A stretch of DNA of 64,000 nt from assembly GCA_051362555.1 (NCBI GenBank), contig CM120640.1, forward strand, positions 53,980,788-54,044,787. The letters are read 5' to 3'. The translations under genes and the position numbers were made by a program. The first letter of the stretch is position 1, and each line of letters begins with the position of its first letter. A model generated the notes under the pieces. It was not told where the DNA came from. It made no database searches and saw only the letters and a list, made by a program, of their open reading frames with translations. Of the stretch, positions 48,601-58,788 are shown one piece after another. This stretch comes from Lingula anatina. Taxonomy: Eukaryota > Animalia > Brachiopoda.

Positions 48601-51600
48601 AAAGATCAAATGAAAATGAATATTTTTTAAAAATCCAAAGTGTGTGTGTGTGTGTGTGTGGGAGGATGGCGGGGAGGTAAATAATCTCCCGCTGACGATC
48701 TTCCGCGAACGAAGTTCCCTAAATCCCTTGAACTAATATGAAAATTGCATTTCATTCTTGTTTATGTCGCAAACAATCTCCCGATGATGATATGAAAATC
48801 GTTTTTCGTCTCGATCGCGAACGATCTCCCTCTTACGATCTTACGCGAACAGTCTTGACGATATTACGCGAACGATTCTCCGCTGAAGATATGCCGTGAG
48901 CGGGGAAGGGGGGGGTTAAAGATAAAATGTAAAATATATATTATTTATAAAATTAAAAGGGGGAGGAGGGGGGTTAGAATAAGGATTTCCTGCTGACGAT
49001 CCTCCACGAACGAAGTTCCCTTGAACTAATATGAAAAGTGCACTTTATTCTTGCTTAAATCGCAAACGATCTCCCGCTGATGATCTTATGCGAACGGAGT
49101 CCGCTACAAATATGAAAATTACATGTATCTTCTCGTCTGGTTTTGATCGCGAACGTTCTGTTGACGATATTACGCGAACGATTCTCCGCTGAAGATAAGA
49201 AAATTGCCATCTCGTCCCATTCGCATTGCGAACAATCTCCATGTACGAGTCAGGTAATCGTTAAATGGTCCTAAATTGAACATAGACATGGATAGAAGTG
49301 ACGGGTACATTTCACTTCGAGATAATATCTTGATTTTTTCATTGTGTCTTCCTCATTTAGGACAGCCGCCGATAACAATAACGGCGTTACAAATGACAAA
49401 GCCGCGGCCTGTGACTTCTATATGCCGGCATGATAACGCACCTTAGGCTAGGTAATAGTAATGAACTAAAGACAAAAGGCCGACGTTCCCGCAATTGAGA
49501 ACGGGAATTCACATCTAACCATCTATATTTTGAGTAACCGCTCGCAGGGGCGCACTATTGTTCCTATCTCCCATTGAGAGTGTTATCGGCAATGATATCC
49601 TGATCGTATCATTGTCTTGAATCAACTGACGCATTACCTTCATGTTTGAGCTGGACAACGCGGCCATATTTGGCGACGAACTTTTCAAAAATTATCGAGT
49701 ACCTCATTTTCAAGATCGACGAAGTTTTCAAAGGGAAAAAAATTACGTCGGCGGAAAATCGTCTGCCGACAAAATTTTCAAGAACGACGAAATTTTCAAG
49801 ACTTTACCGTATTTATTCATTGTGACCCAATGTCAGCCCAACAGCTATGTGCTATTTAGGATGGACATATACCTTCATAAAATATTATTATTTATTACTG
49901 TCACTGTGCCCCTAAACAAAGCATACAAGGATAAACAAGCCAAAAAGTAAAAAGGTTTTTCACTTATCGTGCTATCGGTGCTATAATAATGCTAAAAAAA
50001 GTGAAAAAACAGCATTACTTCCCTAAAAATGGTCCGATCATGCTGATTTTCAAACTTGACCTGCGTATTATGAATATTCATCAGTTCTGTAAATTTGAAT
50101 ACAAAATGTAAGACGGTATTCCACTTATCGTGTTATCGCTGAGTGCACAGCGACGGCGGCAACGGCGATGGCGACGACAGACGCAGGCGACGGCTATATG
50201 TACAGACACATCTGTGTCTGTACATAAAAATGGAATAACCCAGTTTTTTAAAGAAATCAAAAGATCCGATTTTTAATAAAAACTTAACTAACCTGAAAAT
50301 TCTTCAAATCTGGTTTATACAAAGACTCTGCAGAAAACTGGCGTCTGTCATTCACAAATTTCACATGCTTTGCCCTTGCATCTTCAGCATTTTGGATTAA
50401 TTCCTAGGAGAGATATAAGAATTCTCATAACATAACACAGCTGCTGAAATTCTCTGACTAGGAGCGACATAGTTTTCTATATATTGTTATGTCTTTTCTA
50501 AACATTTTATATTTAAGCAAATGTAGATGCATTACACTAAAAGCCGGTTCAAACTGAGCATATGCATCTTACTGTTATTGTTTTCTGTTTTGAGAGGCCC
50601 AACCACGTAAATCATTCTACAGGTAGCTTCCACAATTTCACTAGATACACATCCCAGCAGGCATAGTCGCGTTGGATCAATGTTGAAAGCAGGTTGATAC
50701 GTTGAATTGCTGTTGATCTACCTAAATTCAACGTCAAATCAACGTTGATCCAGCCACGTGGAAACACCGTCATAATGTGACGTTGACTCAATGTTATGTT
50801 TTGGTCATTGACACAACCTTGCAGACATGGATAGTAATTAAAAATATTAATTGTTGAAAACGTGATACTTTGTTTATCAATACTGTAACTAACTTTATCA
50901 AAATAATTAAAAAAGTGTTTAAAGTAAAAGTGACAGTTGTTTTGTGTCTTTAGTGAACTAGTGAATTTTCTTAACTTGTTATTCAGAAATACATTCCAAT
51001 TTACTGAATTCCTTGCAAGGTCAGCTAACACTAGGATGAATACTTTGCTGTAAATGTGATGGAGTGAAGTTAAATAAAGTTGACAGTTCTTGGTACCCTC
51101 TTATAGATAGGCAGGTTGAGGTGACTGTGTCTTTGTTATATATATATAGTTATGTTCTTATATAAATAAATATATATATATAAATAAATATAAACCTTGG
51201 AAATTTAAACTTAAAGGCAATACATATATACCCTACTTATATATAGCCATCAAACATGTCCTGCTGCTAAACACATCCAGGCTAAAAGGGTGTACCATGC
51301 TTAGGTGCAAAACATGCTTATAGGAGCTAAATGCGTTGAAAAAATCAGACAAAGCAGGCACTTGGATGTTTTTACAGTGTACATTATAATTGTGTACCTG
51401 TGTTTTGAACCAAAAAAAAAAAAATGCCAAAATGTAAACAAGACAGCACTGTTCTGAAATGGGTTTATTTCCATTTTTAACACTTTTTTAACATAAAACA
51501 AAATAAACATTTTACTGCCATTTTTATATGACCAACTAAAAAAATTGATGAGATGGGAAAAGTATCAATAGAACAGTGTTAAATGTCCAATTTCCTCCAT

Positions 51601-53976
51601 TCTGAGATTCTGAACATAGTGGATGATTGAATCTGACAAACTGCAATGATATGAGTTTATTTCCATTTTTGACACTTTATTACACAATACATGATAACAA
51701 GTTTACCATGTTTTTTACATAATCAACTAACAATGTTGTAAAGATGCAGGAAATATCAAACAAACACTTTTAGGCATCTTATTAGTTAAATAATGAGACT
51801 GTTAACATGCTTAAGAATTGAATCTGAGGAAATGTGAAAAAAACAGTATAACTTCTAAAATAATGGCCCGATTATGCTGATTTTCGAACTCAACCTGCGT
51901 TTTAGTAAGATTGACCACTCCTGTGAGTATAATTACAATTGGCCAATCCGTTTTTCTTATATTGTGTTATCAGTGTTGTATTTATATTGAAACTAGTGAA
52001 AAAACAGCATAAATTCCCTCAAAATAGCCCAATCATGCTGATTTTCAAACTTGACCTGCGTATTATGAATATTCATCAGTTCTGTAAGTTTCAAGTCAAA
52101 AGGTAAAATGGTTTTCCACTTATCGTGTTATCGGTGCTGCATATATGCTGAAAAAAGTGAAAAAACAGCATAAATTCCCTAAAAGTGACCCGATCATGCT
52201 GATTTTCGAACTTGACCTGCGTATTATGAATATTCATCAGTTCTGTAAGTTTCAAGTCAAAAGGTAAAATGGTTTTCCACTTATCGTGTTATCGGTGCTG
52301 CATATATGCTGAAAAAAGTGAAAAAACAGCATAAATTCCCTAAAAGTGACCCGATCATGCTGATTTTCGCACTTGACCTGCGTATTATGAATATTCATCA
52401 GTTCTGTAAGTTTCAAGTCAAAAGGTAAAATGGTTTTCCACTTATCGTGTTATCGGTGCTGCATATATGCTGAAAAAAGTGAAAAAACAGCATAAATTCC
52501 CTATAAGTGACCCGATCATGCTGATTTTCGAACTCGACCTGCGTATTATGAATATTCATCAGTTCTGTAAGTTTCAAGCCAAAAGAAAAAACAGTTTTGC
52601 ACTTATCGTGTTATCGGTAAAAGTGCACGGCGACGACGGCAACGACGGCGACGGCGACGACAGACGCAGATGATGGCTATATGTACAGACACATCTGTGT
52701 CTGTACATAAAAACATTTCAGGTCATTTTAATGTCTTTTCATGCAAGAATGCTGTCTAACAACTGGGGTTGATACAATGTTGTTATCTGACGTTGATACA
52801 ACGTTGTTATCTGAGGTTGAGTCAACTTTCAAATCCAATGTTAATCCAAAGTATTATCAACGTTATGGTTCAATGTTGTTTCATCGTTAAAACAACATAA
52901 TTTGCCTGCTGGATTGTTAGGGTGAAGTTGTAACTGACGTAGATGCTCTTCATCAAAGTTAAAATATGGTGGACAAACAGCAAAATCTCTGCATGTTCTG
53001 AATTAAGTTCTAAATTAAGTGGCAAGGTTTAGCACTGGACCTCCATATAAGCAATCCTCTTACATGAAAGCCAGGATATATATATATATATATATCCTGT
53101 TAGGAAAAATCAAGATAAAACTACTTTTACCATTAATAGACATCCACATTCATCTTTCTGACAATGTTATATATGCGGTTTTTGGTGTGAAAGTGCTATT
53201 TTTGATGTTCTCTACTATATATGGGTTTGTATCAGAACAAATTCTATCTGCAAATTGGAGCTGTGCATGAGTACTATAGGATGGTGTAATTGATTTTTTT
53301 TTCAAATCACTCTTTTCAGATTTTATCACTAATAACTTTAAATTATATTAATTTCCCACAGATTGAAAATAAGACTGCCTAACATTGTTTTAAAGATATT
53401 ATCAAAAATATGTGGCACTGGATTGCAATTTTATCTGCAGCAATCATCCTCCAAACCAATTACTATCATCGCCCACTTTATTATTATTATTATTATTATT
53501 ATTGTGTTATGGCCCAGTTATCAGTATGACTGATACATAAATGAGAAATTGAAAGAAAAAATTAATATTACATGGGTGATAAAATGATATGTTTCAGTGC
53601 ATATAACCTTAATAACAAAAAATCAAAGTTTACCTTTAAAATCTGTCCATCATCTGGATACTGGTCTAATACAGCTCTTAGTTGTTCAATTAAAGATGGT
53701 GTCCGTATACCAAAACCATCTAAAATATAATTGATAAATATCTTAATCTGCAAATGTGAAAAAATATCTTCACACAAATTGGTCCAAGTTGCTTCTTCAT
53801 ACAATTAAATGAATATGGCAAGAGACAAGGAGAGGCTAGAAACTCCTGTCCGCTTACAGTATATGCTCTTCATCTCTCAAATATAAAAAAATGAATTTTT
53901 TTTATTTAAAAGATGTGACTTTACATGGACAAATTTTTATTTACCAGCGTATATGGATGCACTTACGTTCAGCCAT
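24315..53976 (-). CDS. SACS: Sacsin orthologue (3x HSP90-like SRR repeats, DnaJ/HPD, HEPN), about 4,445 aa
   Basis: Exons on minus: 53976-53967 (ATG GCT GAA C|gtaagt, tentative), 53719-53634 (GFGIRTPSLIEQLRAVLDQYPDDGQILK), 50403-50293 (ELIQNAEDA...), 39388-39241 (GPALYAYND..KVGKFGLGFKSVFHMT), 38141-36447, 36143-25177, 24635-24315. Lengths sum to 13,338 nt, divisible by 3. Three ELxQNAxDA/GPAL/GxFGxGF repeats, RKYHPDKN J-domain, CFKCHQ|SAEKALKA..HDL..RYP HEPN. Confidence 0.93.
24696..24981. mobile_element. Palindromic MITE in the last SACS intron (TTAA/TAA-flanked, Kolobok-like)
   Basis: Long internal inverted repeat GGGGATTCTCACTAAATT..CTTAAATGTCTGTCAC / GTGACAGACATTTAAG..AATTTAGTGTGAATCCCC. 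Related copy at 40318-40538 and fragment at 47161-47200. Confidence 0.75.
25177..36143 (-). CDS. SACS: Sacsin giant coding exon (10,967 nt)
   Basis: The open 3,654-aa frame is bounded by acceptor ttcag|GC TTA (36143) and donor CAT CAG|gtaagc (25177). It encodes SRR2, SRR3, the J-domain and the start of HEPN. Confidence 0.93.
36447..38141 (-). CDS. SACS: Sacsin exon, SRR1 sr1-sr2 region
   Basis: cag|AT TTA CCA...TTG G|gtaatt; motifs IGFLDPH, GTLFRFPLR, FCFLPLP, TGLPVHVNGFFAL. Confidence 0.92.
38324..38484. repeat. Long GC-rich hairpin (probable MITE core)
   Basis: Arms ACCGCTTAATCC..GGTCTTTCTGCCTCTCACA..CCCCACGTGTCGTCCC and GGGACGATGCGTGGGG..TGTGAGAGGCAGAGAGACC..GGATTAAGCGGT. Confidence 0.8.
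40318..40538. mobile_element. Second copy of the palindromic MITE family, termini in opposite orientation
   Basis: Shares GCCGAGCG.GCACGAA.GTTAATTA.CCCC and GACATTTAAGCC with 24696-24981; ends GGGAATGCGCCC-TTAA. Confidence 0.7.
43268..45371 (+). mobile_element. Internally deleted hAT transposon (TTF zinc-finger / ZNF862-like transposase relic)
   Basis: TIRs CAGGGATCTC/GAGATCCCTG. From ATG 43581: MAAPKAKQPKLSFF..RKFQQS*LQRFPWMRFD..MWCAQC..SNFR. Downstream frames give KAIMTAMTAVVWMTKECIPLS and SPVIAVLCDESGDI (first catalytic Asp region) and ISDGTGKGIF; C-terminal part missing. Confidence 0.85.
45600..46190 (-). mobile_element. HINE/Helentron-like element (family B)
   Basis: The 46097-46190 end matches 12147-12263 inverted; the internal CCAC.TCCAG.GTT..GCTTGACAAGCTCTACAAAA recurs at about 42955-42990. 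Left boundary approximate. Confidence 0.6.
46320..47150 (-). pseudogene. Heavily decayed Tc1-family transposase
   Basis: Minus-strand frames give PLKKPL, FFIEVRFHL..RNRVY*RPEEAY (cf. FSDESRF..RVWRR), VSIWSG..KTPMVVINGNLN, HNENAGSH (cf. QDNAPxH), RSPDLIHIDNL (cf. SPDLNPIENLW). Confidence 0.75.
47229..49809. mobile_element. TA-flanked TIR element (Tc2/mariner-like termini), non-autonomous, with internal tandem array
   Basis: Perfect 25-bp TIRs CGGTAAAGTCTTGAAAATTTCGTCG / CGACGAAATTTTCAAGACTTTACCG with TA on both sides. Confidence 0.85.
47728..49240. repeat. Internal tandem array of alternating ~320/~305-bp CpG-rich units
   Basis: Units start AATAATGATCTCCC-like at about 47728, 48050, 48358, 48680 and 48978; built from CGCGAACGATCTCCC sub-motifs. 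Confidence 0.85.
49930..50230 (-). mobile_element. Short copy of HINE family A
   Basis: One ~160-bp unit plus (GGCGAC)n and the terminal palindrome TATGTACAGACACATCTGTGTCTGTACATA. Confidence 0.8.
51420..52712 (-). mobile_element. HINE family A copy with expanded satellite
   Basis: Inverted homologue of 19534-20360; ends with (GGCGAC)n and the palindrome at 52679-52708. Confidence 0.85.
51830..52620. repeat. 161-bp tandem satellite, about 5 units
   Basis: GATTTTC.AACT.GACCTGCGTATTATGAATATTCATCAG recurs at 52040, 52201, 52362 and 52523 (161-bp period), with a diverged unit near 51879. Confidence 0.92.
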
Positions 53977-55140
53977 CTTTGTTTGAAGCAGCAGAAAATT
54001 ATTATTCTGATTATTCTTGGCACATGACAGCAACTACATGTATCACTAAGAATATGTAGGATTTCTGAAGGATGCCCTGTAATAATTAAAAAAAACAAAA
54101 CATTTTAATCACACTTCTTTCGTTCAAACGTATTACAATGGTTGCTAAAAAAAAATGCATGACATAAAACTCTTTGTATGTTACAGGCATCTAATTTTTT
54201 CTGTCAGAAGACAGTCAAAAATGGAGGATGGATAAAAAAGACAATTGGAAGGACTGTCAATAAATATATCTGGAACTGCCCCTGTGTTATATTGATCAAG
54301 TACCGACGATTCCCAAACAGCGTACCAAAATTGAACAGCCAGCCAACTAGAAAATCATGTACATTATTTACTGTACTGATATGTACATGTACATACAGAA
54401 AGTAGGTACAAGTATATGCAAAGGTTAATACAGTACATAGAATGCCTCTCCCCCTCCCCTTTCAGGTGTGCAGGTTCTGCAGGTGTTTGAATAACATCAA
54501 AGCCCCTTCCAACATAAAATAAATGGCAAAGTAGTTCTTAATTTAGTTCTTATTTTACAAATACTGTACTTTTTAAAGTAAAATTCTTAAATATAAAGCA
54601 TTCTTATTGATTGGAAGCAACAAAATTGATAATTCCTAAAGTTCTACTCTACATGATTAGAGTGAAATTAAAGCATAGAAGACTGTTCATTTAATATGAT
54701 TTTCTCAATCATAATTAAATGCATCTGGTACTTTTGGTTTTAGTTTAATCTCCAGTGCTTCAATCCACCATATTAAATGTATAACCAGACCTTCCTAATG
54801 TGTTTAAAGCCTTGACATCACATAAATGTAAAAGAAAAAAAAAATGCAAAAATATTTTTTTCTAACTGTTCAAGATGTCTTCTACTGCAACACTTTAAAT
54901 TTTAGAAGCTTCTCTTTATCTATTTGACCTATTACAGTGTTTGTCAATATGTACACCACTTTCTCTTTTGGATTATTAAAATTTATACCAACACTAGAAA
55001 TATCTCTCAGTAATTAAGTCATGTAAGTCTTGAAAACTCATTTGCAAATAAACATTTAGCAATTGTTAATTTTTTTTTTATAAAATACTGCTTTTTCACT
55101 AGTTCAATAATCAAATCAAAACCAATATTTAGATTTTATT

Positions 55141-56200
55141 TTGATTCAAGACAATACTACGACCAGGATATAATTGCCGATAGCAGTCTCAATGGTAGAT
55201 AGGAACAATAGTGCGTCCCTGCGAGTGGCTACTCATAATATAGATGGTTTACATGTGGGTCGGCCTTTTGTCTTTAGTGTCATTACTATTACCTGGCTCA
55301 TATACACACGGTTTGCACAAGGTGAGTTTTCAAGTTGGTAAACAGAAGTAACAGGCTGCAGCTTTTTGTCAGTTGTAACACCTTTAATGTTATTGTTGGC
55401 TGCCCTAAATGAGGAAGACAAAATGAAAAACCAAGATATTATCTCGAAAGAAAATGTACCAGTCACTTCTATTCATGTTCATTGCGCAATAACGATTACC
55501 TAGCTTGTAAACTTGGAGATCGTTCTTGCAATCTCGTCAGCGGGATATAGTTTGGAATCCGAATGAGATGAGAAGGCAATTTTCATATATTCAGTGGGAG
55601 ATAGTTCGCGCAATATCGTCAGCAGATCGTTCACAAGAAGGCAATTTTCATATTTGTTCTAGGAATTTGGGAACTTTATTCAGAGAAGATCATTATTTTA
55701 AACCCCTCCCCCTTTCAATTTTTTTAAATATATTTTTCATTTTATCTTTAACCCCCCACCCCCCAGCACTTGGAAAAGTTGGACTCCCTGTAATTTTTTG
55801 GGAAGTTACAGGTGGTAATTTCAGAAGGCCTGACACTCAGTTCTAGGAAAAGCCTTGCATGCAACAAAAGATGCTATTTAAGTGTGTAATGTTACATATG
55901 CCGTGTCCAGTTTATAATATAAGGGTGAAATTAGGCTTATCTTGACCCCTCTCCTCTGTCTTGAGGCATGTTTCATACCGAAAGAAAATCCTCAACTTTC
56001 TTTTCGGGCAAGTTATTATTTACCACCAGAAAGTGACTTTGGAAGTACTCAGTAGTGATAAATATCCCACAATATATGAGGGGCAAGGATAAAAGCCAAT
56101 AAGGATAAAAGCCTGAAGGTCCGACTTTTGAAAATTTCATCATACCCAGGGGAAATGTAATTTTGAAAAATTTGTTGGATTTACGCAATTTAAAATATTC
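55141..56200. mobile_element. Inverted, shorter copy of the 47229-49809 element
   Basis: TTGATTCAAGACAAT..GATAGGAACAATAGTGCG..CCTAAATGAGGAAGACA..ACCACCAGAAA.TGACTT match the reverse complement of about 47270-49625; only about one internal unit. Confidence 0.85.
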
Positions 56201-56379
56201 ATTTTTCAGCTGTGCATGAGTACTATAGGATGGTGGAATCTATTTATTTATTTATTTTTTCAACCCAGCTAGAATGGGAGCCCCGGCTGCCCACGGGAGC
56301 CCAGGCTGCCAAAGAGACTGCCAGGGAGACTGCCCTTTTGCAGTCTGGGGCTCCAGTGTGCAGTCTCCTTGAGCAGGCA

Positions 56380-56640
56380 GACTGCAAAGAGGGCTGCAAT
56401 AACTTAAACATTTTTGCAGAAGACTGCAAAGGGGGCTGCAATAACTTAAACATTTTTGCAGGAGACTGCAAAGGGGTCTGCAATAACTTAAACATTTTGC
56501 AGGAGACTGCAAAGGGGGCTGCAATAAATTCAACATTTTGCAGGGGACTGCAAAGGGGGCTGCAATAACTTAAATATTTTGCAGGGGACTGCAAAGGAGG
56601 CTGCAATAACTTAGAAATTTTCACAGGGGACTGCAAACTA
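56380..56640. repeat. 41-42-bp minisatellite, about 6 copies, following a CCCAGC-type transposon end (56263)
   Basis: Unit CTGCAATAACTTAAACATTTTTGCAGGAGACTGCAAAGGGGG. Confidence 0.9.
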
Positions 56641-56954
56641 AACTGAAATAACTGACATTTTCAACGTTGCCCAACGTATGCAATAAACAACCCAATAGTT
56701 ATTTAAAAAGTGTTTCTATCCGCAATTGATAAGCACATGTGCTAAACTTTTGATTACTAAGTGAAGTTTTATATTTTTTTTAATTTTTTAGATTTATATT
56801 TTTTAAATAATGCTGTGAAAATATCCTTTATTATTGCTATTATTTTCATTGAAATGATTGAAGTCTTATGAGAAGTCTTGGGAGAAAGATTATTTCCAGA
56901 TTCCTTTTGATAAATGTAATTATACAATTGCATAATATATAAATTTTAAACCTC

Positions 56955-57871
56955 TACGGAGCTTTGTTAGTATCATATTAACTTTTTTTCTATTTTCATT
57001 TAAGTTTCATTTTATGGAATTTTCACCGCGGTGAAAATGATTTACACCGCGGTGGAAAATAATTTACACCGCGGTGGAAAATAATTTTCACCGCGGTGGT
57101 AATTCCTGGCCATCTCGGCCCGGGTGATGAATAGGTAATGAGAACCTTACATTTGCCAGATGCCGTCACGGTGCATACTATTGTACATACACAAGGCTGG
57201 TGGATCTGTTCGTGGGGCCACTGCCGTTAACTTAGGTTTCCCATCTATATTTACCACCTATATAATCAAAGTCCCGCTTGCAGTTTTATGCAAAGGGAAT
57301 CCCATTGTTATTACTAAATACTTAACGTTAATTTTGGACAATGTATTTTTAAATATTTGTGTGATGTGTTTGTCCATTCATCTTATCTTAATAGATGTAA
57401 TCTCGGTTTCCTTGGAGAGGTTTCTTTCTACCAATATTCCCAATAATACGCGTTATTATAAAGGGAAAAGCGACGTACAACATTGCAGCATTTCGGTGAT
57501 TTTTTATCTATGCGAATACTGCCCGCTTCCTCCACATTCCTGGGATGATTGGCACATAGACTGGTTAAACCGCATGCATGTGCATGTGAGTGTCTTTATC
57601 AACTTCCTTCCCAGACATCTGGTAATTTTTGGATTCGTATAACCTACATGTATGCATCACCCGGGCCAAGATGGCCAGGAATTACCACCGCGGTGAAAAT
57701 TATTTTCCCTCGCGGTGAAAATTATTTTCCCTCGCGGTGAAAATTAATTCCCACCGCGGTGTAAATTAATTTTCACCGCGGTAAAAATAATTTTCACCGC
57801 GGTGAAAATTCCGTATAATAAAACTTAAATGAAAATAAGAAAAGTTAATATGATACTAACAAAGCTCCGTA
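56955..57871. mobile_element. IS3EU-like non-autonomous foldback element
   Basis: TACGG...CCGTA termini, exact 6-bp TSD AACCTC (56949-54 and 57872-77), 175-215-bp inverted arms with ~21-bp CACCGCGGTG sub-repeats. Confidence 0.8.
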
Positions 57872-58788
57872 AACCTCACAGTTAACATCAATTTAAGTTG
57901 GACTTGTGATTAAAATTAACTGGTAACTTTCAAAACCAAATTCATTTCAAGCCAGGGGCATGTTTATCTTATCTGTCAGTTTGATATAAACAGTTCACCT
58001 ACAGCTTGCCCAATGAGGTCAAATAACTATACAGCACAGGCAGTAGTACATAACCGTTGAGCTAATTAATTCAAAAATCTAAGCCAGAAGCTAGGTCAGG
58101 AATGTGCTAAGGAAGAGGCAAGAAATCTGAAAACATTGATTTCTGGATTGAAAAAGCTAGAAGACATTTTTAGGAAATGCATGTAGAAAGAAAAATGAAG
58201 AGAGACAGAGACAGGATAAGAAGTGAGCATGCAAGTCCTTTTGATTTTGTATTTTTCTACATGTATAGTTTACTGATGCACCAGGATCCATAGAGCCTTG
58301 GGAAGTGTTCAATTTTAGCCCAGCACTTTTAATTCTGTTTGTGGTTTTTAAAAGTACTTGAAATTGCTATTAGGCTAGAAAAAGGTTTGCATTTAACCAT
58401 TTTGGTCCTTGTCAATTATAATATTATTTCAAACTTTGTAGTTTTTGACATGAATATAGACAATGATTCACAGATGAGGATAATACCTTTTAAAACATCG
58501 ATCTTTGTACTTTTCATCATCATACAATGTGTTAAAAATACAAAGTTTAAATGAAATGAGCCTTTTTTCCTTTGGTATGTACACTTTAAAAATTGTATTA
58601 GTGTACAACTTGCCCACATTAACCTTAAAAATTACTTGAAATATAGCTCTTATGTGTCTGTATCGCTGTATTGAATCCTGGCCAGTGAATTCTGTGACAG
58701 AGTTTTTGGAATGATTAAATAACGTACAGTAGAATTCCCAGCCCTCTGCTAATATGGGCTTTGTAGAAAAAAAAATATATATAAGGAT

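Larger units (their letters stand above)
50653..52912. mobile_element. CCCAGCAGGCA-terminated non-autonomous DNA transposon (CACTA/EnSpm-like), host to a nested HINE
   Basis: Left CCCAGCAGGCA (50653), right TGCCTGCTGG (about 52903-52912); subterminal (C)AACGTTG repeats at both ends. Confidence 0.65.

Noticed and set aside
51830-52620. CRISPR-like array
   Set aside because: Contiguous tandem units with no unique spacers, in a eukaryotic context; the same applies to 47728-49240 and the arms of 56955-57871.
55233-55466. ATG AGC CAG|gtaata on the minus strand as the SACS first exon
   Set aside because: The segment is part of the inverted transposon copy (matches about 49300-49470), and its phase 0 does not fit the phase-1 exon at 53719.
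56212-56636. Overlapping 94-130-aa ORFs with repeated peptides
   Set aside because: Artefacts of the 41-42-bp minisatellite.
57160-57642. 160-aa ORF in the foldback element core
   Set aside because: No recognisable transposase or other motif; composition is consistent with a chance ORF.
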